This document shows positions 9,555 to 24,528 of a stretch of DNA of 64,000 nucleotides, in pieces (within the stretch, counting starts at the first letter, position 1; each line of letters opens with the position of its first letter). The notes below the pieces were generated by a model, which saw only the letters and a list, made by a program, of their open reading frames with translations, had not been told where the DNA came from and made no database searches. This DNA comes from an uncultured bacterium (lineage in GTDB: Bacteria; Krumholzibacteriota; Krumholzibacteriia; LZORAL124-64-63), in NCBI GenBank assembly GCA_963732385.1, contig CAVSZB010000007.1, forward strand, positions 224,001-288,000, written 5' to 3'. A program made the position numbers and the translations under genes.

Positions 9555-12500
9555 ATGCCCCCCCGGCGCGTGATCCTGCTCGCGGTTCTCGGACTCGGAC
9601 TTCCCGCTGCGGCGTGGGCCTTACCGTCACCTGCGGATCGCATTACGCCGGCCGACAGTACGGCCGCGCCGCCCGACAGCTCCCTCTGGCGCCGTGAAAC
9701 CGAATGGCACCTGATCGCGCCCGGTACGCCGGCGCTGCCGCTGGCGCATGGCCTGGTGGTGCCGGGCAGCCTGCGCGCCTGGGTCGGGGGGGCGCCCTGG
9801 CAGGAGCCGGAGGACTTCCGCGTCGCCGCGCGGGAAGGGGTCTGGCTGCCGCGCCGTTCGCTCGGCCCGGCCGGCGGCGATCCGGTGCGGGTGCGGCTGG
9901 TCTACCGCTTCCTGCCGGCGCCGCTGCCGGTCGTGCGCGAACTGCACGCGCCCGCGGCGGCGCCGCCGCCGGCGGGCGCAGACTCGATTCCGGTCGGGCA
10001 GGCGACGGGCCCGGTGGCGGCCGGTGCCCCTCCCGGGTCGGCGGCTGCCCTGGATCCGCTCACCGTGCGGGGGAGCAAGTCAGTGCGGCTCGCTTCGGGA
10101 AACCGGCGCGAACTGGTTGTCGACCAGACCCTGCGCCTGGCGATCGAGGGGCGGCTGACCCCCGAAATCACGGTGCGGGCGGCGTTGTCCGACGACAACC
10201 TGCCGGTCGTGCCGGAAGGGAACACCGAGCAGCTGCGCGACGTGGACAAGGTCCTGGTCGAACTGGAATCGGCGCGCTGGCGCGCCACGCTCGGCGACTT
10301 CGTGGCGCGGCGCGAGGGGAGCGTGTTTGGCGACTACCGCCGCAAACTGCAGGGGGTGGCGCTCACCGCCACGCCCGGTCCGGCGCGGGCGGATCTGCTC
10401 GCCGGCTCGCCCCGAGGCGTCTATCGGACGCTGCAGGTCCGGGGCCAGGAGGCCAACCAGGGTCCTTACCGTCTGGGCGCTGGCGAGGCCGGGCGGGAAC
10501 TGTTCATCGTCGCGGGATCGGAACGGGTTGCGTTGGACGGACAGCCGCTGACGCGCGGCGCCGACCGGGACTACATCATCGACTATGTGCGCGGCACGAT
10601 CACCTTCACCTTCCGCCGACTCATCACCGCCGAAACGACCATTGTGGTGGAGTTCGAGGAGGGGGAGGGGCCGTACGCCCGCACCGTGACCGGCGGCGGC
10701 GCCTCCGGAGATTTCACGCTGCCGTGGGGCGATGGTGTGCCGGGGGGGATGGGGGTGCGTCTCACCCGGGAGGGCGACGATCCCCAGCGCCTGCGCACCG
10801 GCGAACTGGGCGATGCCGACCGGGCCGCCCTCGCGGCCGCGGGCGACGATCCGACCCGGGCGGTTGCTGACGGCGTCGTCGAGACCGAGCCTGGGCAGGG
10901 GCACTACCGGCGCGAGGCGCTCCCCGACGCGGAGATCTGGGTGTACGACCCGGCCGGCGCCTACGAGATCAGCTTCTTCTACGCCGGCGCCGGCGTCGGC
11001 AACTACGGGCTCGATTCGCTCACCGTGGCGGGGGTGCGCGCCTACGGCTGGCGCGGCGACGGCGGCGGCAGCTACCGCGTGGGGCGGCCTTTGCCGCTGC
11101 CGGAGAGCCGGAGCGTCACGACGCTGACCGCGCGACTCGGCCGGATCGAGCAGCCGCTGCTGGCGGTGGAGTGGAACGCGGGTCGTCTGGATCGCAACGC
11201 CTTCTCCAGCCTCGACGATGCCGACAACGTCGGGGTGGCCTGGTCCGCCCGCGTCGCCCCGGGGGAGAGCGAGGTGCGCCTGGCTGGCCGGGAGCTGGGG
11301 CGGGTCGCGCTCGAGGCGTCCCACGAGAACCGCGACAGCCGCTTCCGGCCGTTCGTCCTGCACCGCGACCTTTTCACCTACGATCGCTGGGGACTGGCCG
11401 GCCGGGCGCGCCGCGCCGGCTTTCTCGAGGAGCGCGACGTGGAGAGCCGGGTCACCGGCACCTGGGTGGCGGGCGGCGAGACGCGGCGCGCTCGGGTGGC
11501 GGGCGAATGGGGACGCCTGTCCCACGGCGGTGCGCTTGACGCGGACCGTCGGTCGCTCGACGCCGGCTGGCTCTGGGGGAGATGGAACGGTGCGTCGCTC
11601 TGGGAACAGGCGTCGGCTGCCGACCGGCGGGATCCGCTCGCGGTCGAGCGCCGGCGGCAACGGCAGGCGCTGGTCTGGACCGGTCGCCTCGCGCGCCCCG
11701 GGCTGATCTACGAGGCTGAGCAGTGGCGCGACGCGGCGGTCACCGGTCCCGCCGCCGCGGGGGCCCGTCTGCGGCGCTGGGGCGGCACGCTCGAGGCGTC
11801 GCCGGGACGGTCGCTGCGCTGGCTGGCCGGCTTCGAGCGGGGGCTGTCCGATTCGCTACGCGCCGACGCCTGGCAGCGCGAGCGCGATGCCCGCACCTGG
11901 CGCGCGCAGCTTGCGGCGCCTCCGGTGGCGGGGGTGCGCGTGTCGGGTGAGGGGACCTTGCGCAGGCTCCTGGGCAGCGCCGGCGGCGAACAGACCACGC
12001 GGCTGGCGCGTCTCAACCTGGCCGGACTCTGGCCGCGTCTCGGCAGTGACTGGAGTCTGGAATACGGTGTGGACAACAGTCGGATCGAACTGCTGGACCG
12101 GCAGATCGTGTTCGTCGGGCTGCGGTTGGGGGACTACGATCGCGACGGCAATTTCCTGGGGCGCGGCCAGGGCGATTACAACGTTGTCTACGCCGGCACC
12201 GACAGCCTGGTCGCGACGACGGAGGTGAAGGGGAATCTTGCCTGGCGTCAGCAATGGCGGTTGCCGGACGGGGGCCGGGGCTGGGGCCGAGTCACCGCCC
12301 TGACCACGCTCGCCGTCCGCGGACGCAGTCGCGCCGATGAGGTGGGGCCGCTGCTGCGCTTCGCCTCCGCTGCGCTGTTCGATCCGGAATCGACCGTGCT
12401 GGGCGAGGTGGGCTGGCAGCAGGAACTGGACCTGCTGCAGGGATGGCAGGGCTGGGATCTGCGGCTCAAGCACGATTTCGCGCAGGCCCTCGACCGGCAG

Positions 12501-13046
12501 TACGCTGCCCACCCGGAGGACCGGTTGCGCCGGCTGGAGCAGGGCACGGTCACGCGGAGTCTCTCCGAACGCACCACGCTGCAGTGGCGCGCCGGACGCG
12601 AGGCGGAGCGGCGCGCCACGCGGTCAGGCTCCGTGGCGGGAGAGCGCAGCTACGCCGCCACGATCTGGCGCCACGAAGGGGAATGGTCGCTGCGGCCCGG
12701 CGCCGGCAGTCGTCTGGCGCTGGCCGGGGAGTACATCCGGCGGGACGACGCGGTTTCGGGCTGGCGGCAGCGGGAGTGGGCGGTGCGCCCCTCTGCCCGC
12801 TGGCGGCTGGAGCAGCGCTGGAGCGGCACCGTGGAGGCGCGCTGGGCGCAGGTCACCAGCGCCGCGCCGACCGGCGCGATCCGCCCCTATTTCTTCGCCT
12901 ATCCCGGCGTGAACCGGGACCTGAGTGCGCGGCTGGCCTGGGATCCCTCCGCGACACTCAGCGTCGCGGCTGTCTACTTCGGACGTCAACTGGGCGGGAG
13001 GGGGTGGCAGCACGATGTCCGGCTCGAATCGACGGCCCGCTTCTAG
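9555..13046 (+). CDS. Large outer-membrane beta-barrel protein of unknown function with SprA-like N-terminal segments
   Basis: Signal peptide from ATG 9555; LSDDNLPVVPEGNTEQLRDVDKV motif; GSERV.LDG..L.RG...DYIIDY..GTITF; amphipathic Trp/Arg-rich strands; terminal Phe (ESTARF). Confidence 0.65.
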   Translation: MPPRRVILLAVLGLGLPAAAWALPSPADRITPADSTAAPPDSSLWRRETEWHLIAPGTPALPLAHGLVVPGSLRAWVGGAPWQEPEDFRVAAREGVWLPRRSLGPAGGDPVRVRLVYRFLPAPLPVVRELHAPAAAPPPAGADSIPVGQATGPVAAGAPPGSAAALDPLTVRGSKSVRLASGNRRELVVDQTLRLAIEGRLTPEITVRAALSDDNLPVVPEGNTEQLRDVDKVLVELESARWRATLGDFVARREGSVFGDYRRKLQGVALTATPGPARADLLAGSPRGVYRTLQVRGQEANQGPYRLGAGEAGRELFIVAGSERVALDGQPLTRGADRDYIIDYVRGTITFTFRRLITAETTIVVEFEEGEGPYARTVTGGGASGDFTLPWGDGVPGGMGVRLTREGDDPQRLRTGELGDADRAALAAAGDDPTRAVADGVVETEPGQGHYRREALPDAEIWVYDPAGAYEISFFYAGAGVGNYGLDSLTVAGVRAYGWRGDGGGSYRVGRPLPLPESRSVTTLTARLGRIEQPLLAVEWNAGRLDRNAFSSLDDADNVGVAWSARVAPGESEVRLAGRELGRVALEASHENRDSRFRPFVLHRDLFTYDRWGLAGRARRAGFLEERDVESRVTGTWVAGGETRRARVAGEWGRLSHGGALDADRRSLDAGWLWGRWNGASLWEQASAADRRDPLAVERRRQRQALVWTGRLARPGLIYEAEQWRDAAVTGPAAAGARLRRWGGTLEASPGRSLRWLAGFERGLSDSLRADAWQRERDARTWRAQLAAPPVAGVRVSGEGTLRRLLGSAGGEQTTRLARLNLAGLWPRLGSDWSLEYGVDNSRIELLDRQIVFVGLRLGDYDRDGNFLGRGQGDYNVVYAGTDSLVATTEVKGNLAWRQQWRLPDGGRGWGRVTALTTLAVRGRSRADEVGPLLRFASAALFDPESTVLGEVGWQQELDLLQGWQGWDLRLKHDFAQALDRQYAAHPEDRLRRLEQGTVTRSLSERTTLQWRAGREAERRATRSGSVAGERSYAATIWRHEGEWSLRPGAGSRLALAGEYIRRDDAVSGWRQREWAVRPSARWRLEQRWSGTVEARWAQVTSAAPTGAIRPYFFAYPGVNRDLSARLAWDPSATLSVAAVYFGRQLGGRGWQHDVRLESTARF

Positions 13047-13074
13047 GCGACGGGCGCGGGTCGCGAGGCGGCTC

Positions 13075-19718
<6,644 letters not shown>

Positions 19719-19758
19719 ACCGGTCCGTCCGCCCACTCCGACGACAGGCGAAATCATC

Positions 19759-21363
19759 GTGAGCTCGCGACCGTTCGTCATTGGCGAGGAGGCCCTCGAC
19801 CTCGCGACCTTCGCGGCGGTCTGTGCCGGCGCGCGGAGCGTGGCGCTTGGCGACGGCGCGCGTGCCCGCGTGATGGCGTCGCTGGCGCTGCGCCGCCGGC
19901 TGGAGGCGGGAGAGGCGCGCGTCTACGGGATCAACACCGGTTTTGGCCGGCTCGCCGACACCGTCATCCCGCCCGCTCAACGCGCGGCGTTGCAGACCAA
20001 CCTCGTGCGCAGCCACGCCGTGGGCTGGGGCCCGCCGCTGACGCGGGCGGAGACGCGCGGACTGGTCTTCCTGCGCGCGCTCAGTCTGGCGCGCGGCTAC
20101 TCCGGCGTGCGTCCCGAAGTCGTCGAGCAGCTGCTCTGGCTGCTGGAGTGCGGACTGCATCCGTGGATCCCGTCGCGCGGATCGGTCGGGGCGAGCGGCG
20201 ATCTCGCGCCGCTGGCGCATCTCGGACTCGTGCTGTTGGGCGAGGGACATGTCCTGGGCGAGGATGGCCGCCGGGAGCCGGCCGCCGCCGCGCTGGCGCG
20301 GCACGGTCGCGCTCCGCTGCGGCTCGAGGCGAAGGAGGGACTCGCCCTCATCAATGGCACGCAGCTGATGAACGCGCTCGGCCTGCTGGCGGTGGCCCGG
20401 GGCGAGCGTCTGCTGCGGTGGGCGGTCGTGGCCGCCGCGCTTTCGGCGGAGGGACTCGAGGCGAGTGTGGCGCCGTTCGGGGCGCGCTACCACGCGCTGC
20501 GGCCGCATCCGGAGATCGCGGCCGTGGCGGCCGCGATCGACGCCCTGCTCGCCGGCAGTCCGATCGTTTCCGCCCACGGGGATTGCCCGCGCGTGCAGGA
20601 TCCCTACTCGGTGCGTTGCGCGCCGCAGGTGCTCGGCGCGAGCCTGGCCGCGCTGCGTCAGGCCCGCGTGGTGATGCTGCGGGAGGCCGGCGCCGTCACC
20701 GACAATCCGGTGCTGCTGCCGGAGGAGGGGATCGCCGTCTCGGGCGGCCACTTCCACGGACAGCCGTTGGCGTTGCAGCTCGATGCGCTGGCGGTGGCGC
20801 TGTGCGAGATCGGCAGCGTGGCCGAGCGGCGGGTGGCGCTGTTCATGGGGGGCAACGGGGGGCGACTGCCGCGGTTTCTCGCTGCCGCGCCCGGCCTCGA
20901 GTCGGGCCTGATGATCGCTCAGTATCTGGCGGCTGCACTGGTCAGCGAGAACAAGACCGGCGCCTTTCCCGCGAGTGTCGATTCGATCCCCACTTCCGAT
21001 GGCCAGGAGGACCACGTCAGCATGGGCAGCGTGGCGGCGCTGCGCCTGGCGCCCCTGCTCGATCGCGTGGAGGCGGTGGTGGCGATTGAACTGCTGACGG
21101 CGGGACGGGCGCTGCAGTTCATCGGCGATCCGTCCCGCGCGGAAGCGTGCGGACGCGTGGCCCTGACCATGGCGAAGGCGACCGCGGCGGTCCTGGCGCA
21201 GCTGGCCGCGACGGTCGATCTGGCGCCGGTGGACCGGTCGTTGACGGAGGACCTGGAGCGGATCTGCCGGCTGATCGGCGGGGCTGAGGCGGCCGGTTGC
21301 GCCACGGCGCTGGCCGCCCTGGCCGCCGGGCCCGACCTGGCGCCCGCAGTTCCGGCGGCCTGA
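19759..21363 (+). CDS. hutH: Histidine ammonia-lyase
   Basis: VYGINTGFG, LVRSH, GASGDLAPLAH (MIO), QDPYSVRC, GHFHGQP, QEDHVSMG; adjacent to hutI. Confidence 0.93.
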   Translation: MSSRPFVIGEEALDLATFAAVCAGARSVALGDGARARVMASLALRRRLEAGEARVYGINTGFGRLADTVIPPAQRAALQTNLVRSHAVGWGPPLTRAETRGLVFLRALSLARGYSGVRPEVVEQLLWLLECGLHPWIPSRGSVGASGDLAPLAHLGLVLLGEGHVLGEDGRREPAAAALARHGRAPLRLEAKEGLALINGTQLMNALGLLAVARGERLLRWAVVAAALSAEGLEASVAPFGARYHALRPHPEIAAVAAAIDALLAGSPIVSAHGDCPRVQDPYSVRCAPQVLGASLAALRQARVVMLREAGAVTDNPVLLPEEGIAVSGGHFHGQPLALQLDALAVALCEIGSVAERRVALFMGGNGGRLPRFLAAAPGLESGLMIAQYLAAALVSENKTGAFPASVDSIPTSDGQEDHVSMGSVAALRLAPLLDRVEAVVAIELLTAGRALQFIGDPSRAEACGRVALTMAKATAAVLAQLAATVDLAPVDRSLTEDLERICRLIGGAEAAGCATALAALAAGPDLAPAVPAA

Positions 21364-21381
21364 GGCGGGAGGAGGGAGGCG

Positions 21382-22713
21382 ATGATGCACGCGGAGAACA
21401 ACAGCGCTGACCTGTGGCTGGACGTGGCGCGACAGCGCGCCGGGGCGACGGCAGGTCTGCTGGTGCACGGCATTGGCCAGCTCTGCACGCTGCATGATCC
21501 GGCGCTCGACGCGGCGGGACCGCGGCGGGGCGAGGGGTTGTCCCGGCTCGGGATCTTCACCGACGCGGCGCTCGCGGTGGCGGACGGTCGGGTGCTGGCG
21601 GCGGGGCCGGAGGCGGCCGTGCGCGAGGCGGTGGTGTGCTCCCCGGCCACGGTGATGGTCGACGCCGGCGGTCGTTGCATCGTGCCGGGCTACGTCGATC
21701 CGCATACGCACGCCGTCTTCGGGCGCTGGCGCCAGGACGAGTACGAGCGGCGGCTGCGCGGCGAGACGTATCAGGCCATTGCGGCCGGTGGCGGCGGCAT
21801 CCATGCGTCGGTGCGCGATCTGCGCGCGCGCGACACGGAGGAACTTGTCGCGCTGGTGGTGCCACGGCTCCGGGAAATGGTCACGCATGGCACTACCACC
21901 GTCGAGATCAAGAGCGGCTACGGCCTGACCCTCGCCGACGAGGTGAAAATGCTGCGGGTCGCGCGCGCCGCGGCCGGGGTCGCCGATTTGCGCGCCGTCC
22001 TGACCTGCCTGGCCGCGCACGAGGTACCGGCGGAGTTCCGCGACCGGCGCGCGGCGTACATCAGTCTCGTGGCCGATGAGATCCTGCCGGCGGTGGCGCG
22101 GGAGGGGCTGGCCGAACGGCTGGACGTCTTCTGCGAGCCGTCGGTGTTCACGCTCGCGGAGACCGAGCGGCTGGTGCGCCGGGGCGCGGAGCTCGGTCTG
22201 GCCGCCGTGCTGCACGCCGACGAACTGGAACCGATGGGCGGGGCGGCGCTGGCGGCGCGGCTCGGCGCGCGCTCGGCCGATCACCTCATCCGGATCGACG
22301 CCGCTGGAATCGCCGCCCTGGCGGCGTCGCGCACGGTCGCCGTACTGCTGCCGGGAACCGTGTTCACGCTCGGTCTGCGGAGCTACGCGCCGGCGCGCGA
22401 ACTGATCGCCGCGGGTGCGGCTGTGGCGCTGGCGAGCGATTTCAATCCCGGCAGTTGCCCGATCCTCTCGCAGCCGCTCATCCAGGCCATCGCCTGCACT
22501 CAGATGCGGCTCACGCCCGCCGAGGCCCTCACGGCCTGCACCCTCAACGCCGCGTGGGCGCTGGGCCGGCAGGACGAGGTCGGTTCTCTCGCCCCGGGCA
22601 AGCAGGCTGATTTTCTCCAGCTTGATGGCGGCGACTACCGGCTGGTGCCCTATCGGGCCGGCCACAACCCCGTGGTGGGGGTCTGGCGGGCCGGTAACCG
22701 GATCGGCCCGTGA
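21382..22713 (+). CDS. hutI: Imidazolonepropionase
   Basis: PGYVDPHTH, GGGI, EIKSGYGL, DVFCE, HADEL, SADH, DFNPGS. Confidence 0.95.
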   Translation: MMHAENNSADLWLDVARQRAGATAGLLVHGIGQLCTLHDPALDAAGPRRGEGLSRLGIFTDAALAVADGRVLAAGPEAAVREAVVCSPATVMVDAGGRCIVPGYVDPHTHAVFGRWRQDEYERRLRGETYQAIAAGGGGIHASVRDLRARDTEELVALVVPRLREMVTHGTTTVEIKSGYGLTLADEVKMLRVARAAAGVADLRAVLTCLAAHEVPAEFRDRRAAYISLVADEILPAVAREGLAERLDVFCEPSVFTLAETERLVRRGAELGLAAVLHADELEPMGGAALAARLGARSADHLIRIDAAGIAALAASRTVAVLLPGTVFTLGLRSYAPARELIAAGAAVALASDFNPGSCPILSQPLIQAIACTQMRLTPAEALTACTLNAAWALGRQDEVGSLAPGKQADFLQLDGGDYRLVPYRAGHNPVVGVWRAGNRIGP

Positions 22714-22744
22714 AGAATAGGCAAATTCAGGTCCTAAATAGGGC

Positions 22745-22771
22745 TTAACCTCCAGAGCGGAAGGGCGATAA
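22745..22771 (+). promoter_or_regulatory. Sigma28 (FliA/WhiG)-like promoter for the TPR gene
   Basis: TTAA-N15-GGCGATAA versus consensus TAAA-N15-GCCGATAA, in an AT-richer intergenic gap. Confidence 0.5.
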
Positions 22772-22853
22772 ATGGAAAGACCGTCGACCCGTCGGTCGTG
22801 GTCCTCAGCGCAACCATGGTTCGCCAGCTTCGCAGCCGCGGAGGATTCGATTC

Positions 22854-24467
22854 TTGTCCAAGGTGAGCAAGCTCAAGCAGGAAGCCTACCAGGCCGGCAA
22901 GAAGCGGGACTGGGACAAGGTCATGGTGCTCTATGAACAGATTCTCGAGGTCGAAAAAAACAACCCGTCGCTGATCAACGAACTCGGTGACGTCTGCCTG
23001 AAACGTGGCGACACGCCCCGCGCTCTCGAGCACTTCCTCTCGGCCGCCGAGAAGTATCGCCTGACCGGCCTGTTCAACAACGCGATCGCCATCTACAAGA
23101 AGATCCTGCGCTTCGACGCCGGAAACATGAACTCCCACTGGTATCTGGCCGAGTCGCGCGCCAGCCAGGGCATGGCCGCGGACGGGCTGGTCCACGCCCT
23201 GCAGTTCCTGGCGCCGGCGGAGCGGCTGAGCGCCGATTTCCGCGCTCCCTACGTCAAGCGGTGTGTGCGGATGCTCGCGCTGTTCGCCACCCAGCCGGAG
23301 GTCCTGTCGCGGCTGGCCGAACTGTTCCGTCATTGGGCGTTGCCGCTCGAGGGGGGGCGCGTGGCTCTGTTGCAGGCCTGCCTGGCGCACGCGGCGGGCA
23401 AGGTCGACGCGGCCCGCCAGGCGATCACGGAGCTGATGACCGAGCATCCCGATCTGGCCAATTACCCCGAGTACCAGACATGGCTCCGGCAGTTGGGCGA
23501 AGCGCCCGCCGTGACGGGGGATCCGGGCGCCGGCCATACCGAACATAACACGATCGAATTCGACGCCGCGCCGGCCGGCCTGACCGGCGGCGAACCGGGT
23601 TCCGAGCCGCTGCCTGATTCGCCGGACGCTCCGGCGCCGGGCGTCCCCGAGGCCGCAGACCGGGGGCTCGCTGATTCGCTCGGTCTGGTCGATCTGTGCG
23701 ACGCGGAGGATTCGGGCGGGGAGTCGGCCGGATTCCCCCTGGGCGAGCTGGACGACGCGGCGGGGAGCCGGGGGAGCGGCGGACTGCAGCGCACCGCGCG
23801 GTCGCGCCTGTTCGGCGAGGAGGAGTATCTGGGCGGGACGGTGCCCGAGGACGAGCCGGGGGATGAGCCGGAATCGTCCGACGACACCCGCTTCGAGATC
23901 GCCGTCGAGGACGTGCCGAGCTTCGCTGATCTGGCGAAGGAGCTGGAGGGCGAACGCGAGGTGCCCCGTCCGCCCGAGCCCACGGTCGATCTGCTGGCCG
24001 AGATCCTGGCCGAGACGGCCAGCGAGGACGCTGCGGGGGGTGGCCGGCAGGTCGAGACCATTGCCGACGAGATCGGCCGACAGGTGGGCGGAGAACAGGC
24101 GCAGGATCCCGAGGGTCAGTACAACATGGGCCTGGTCTACCTGGAGATGGAACTCTACGGACAGGCTGAGGAGTGTTTCGAAATCGCTTCGCGTGCGCCG
24201 GAATTCGCCCTGAGATGCTACGAGATGTGGGGCATCGTCCTGATCCGCCAGGCCCGGTACGAAGAGGCGGTCGATATCCTCGGGCGCGGGCTGCGTCTGC
24301 CGGCAGTGGCGACCGGCGATCTGCTCGGGCTGCTCTACCACACCGGACAGGCGTACGAGTTGGCCGGTCGCTCCGGCGCCGCGCGCGAGTACTACGAGCG
24401 CGTCTACCACACCTCGCCAAATTTCCTGGACATCGAGAAACGTATCGAGGCCCTGGAGTCGGTCTGA
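22854..24467 (+). CDS. Cytoplasmic TPR protein with acidic low-complexity linker and C-terminal TPRs (FimV-C-like), possibly pilus-associated
   Basis: TTG start after GGAGGA; N-terminal TPRs; Asp/Glu/Pro-rich middle; DPEGQYNMGLVYLEMELYGQA followed by more TPRs. Confidence 0.7.
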   Translation: MSKVSKLKQEAYQAGKKRDWDKVMVLYEQILEVEKNNPSLINELGDVCLKRGDTPRALEHFLSAAEKYRLTGLFNNAIAIYKKILRFDAGNMNSHWYLAESRASQGMAADGLVHALQFLAPAERLSADFRAPYVKRCVRMLALFATQPEVLSRLAELFRHWALPLEGGRVALLQACLAHAAGKVDAARQAITELMTEHPDLANYPEYQTWLRQLGEAPAVTGDPGAGHTEHNTIEFDAAPAGLTGGEPGSEPLPDSPDAPAPGVPEAADRGLADSLGLVDLCDAEDSGGESAGFPLGELDDAAGSRGSGGLQRTARSRLFGEEEYLGGTVPEDEPGDEPESSDDTRFEIAVEDVPSFADLAKELEGEREVPRPPEPTVDLLAEILAETASEDAAGGGRQVETIADEIGRQVGGEQAQDPEGQYNMGLVYLEMELYGQAEECFEIASRAPEFALRCYEMWGIVLIRQARYEEAVDILGRGLRLPAVATGDLLGLLYHTGQAYELAGRSGAAREYYERVYHTSPNFLDIEKRIEALESV

Positions 24468-24490
24468 CCCTCAGTCGCGGGTCCCGGCTC

Positions 24491-24519
24491 TTGTGGCGTT
24501 GCCGGCCATCCCCTAAGAT
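24491..24519 (+). promoter_or_regulatory. Sigma70-like promoter, near-leaderless, for the S-component/barrel fusion
   Basis: TTGTGG-N17-TAAGAT ending 9 nt before ATG 24529; no SD sequence. Confidence 0.4.
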
Positions 24520-24528
24520 ACTCCGATC

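Noticed and set aside
19759..21363. Phenylalanine/tyrosine ammonia-lyase
   Set aside because: The SH specificity motif and adjacent hutI indicate histidine ammonia-lyase.
22714..22853. c-di-GMP-I riboswitch (GGCAAA...CTAAA words)
   Set aside because: The GAAA tetraloop stem and GACGCAAA element are missing; better explained as a promoter region.
24468..24528. Cobalamin riboswitch before the S-component fusion
   Set aside because: The gap is only 61 bp with no B12 box, so the substrate remains unassigned.
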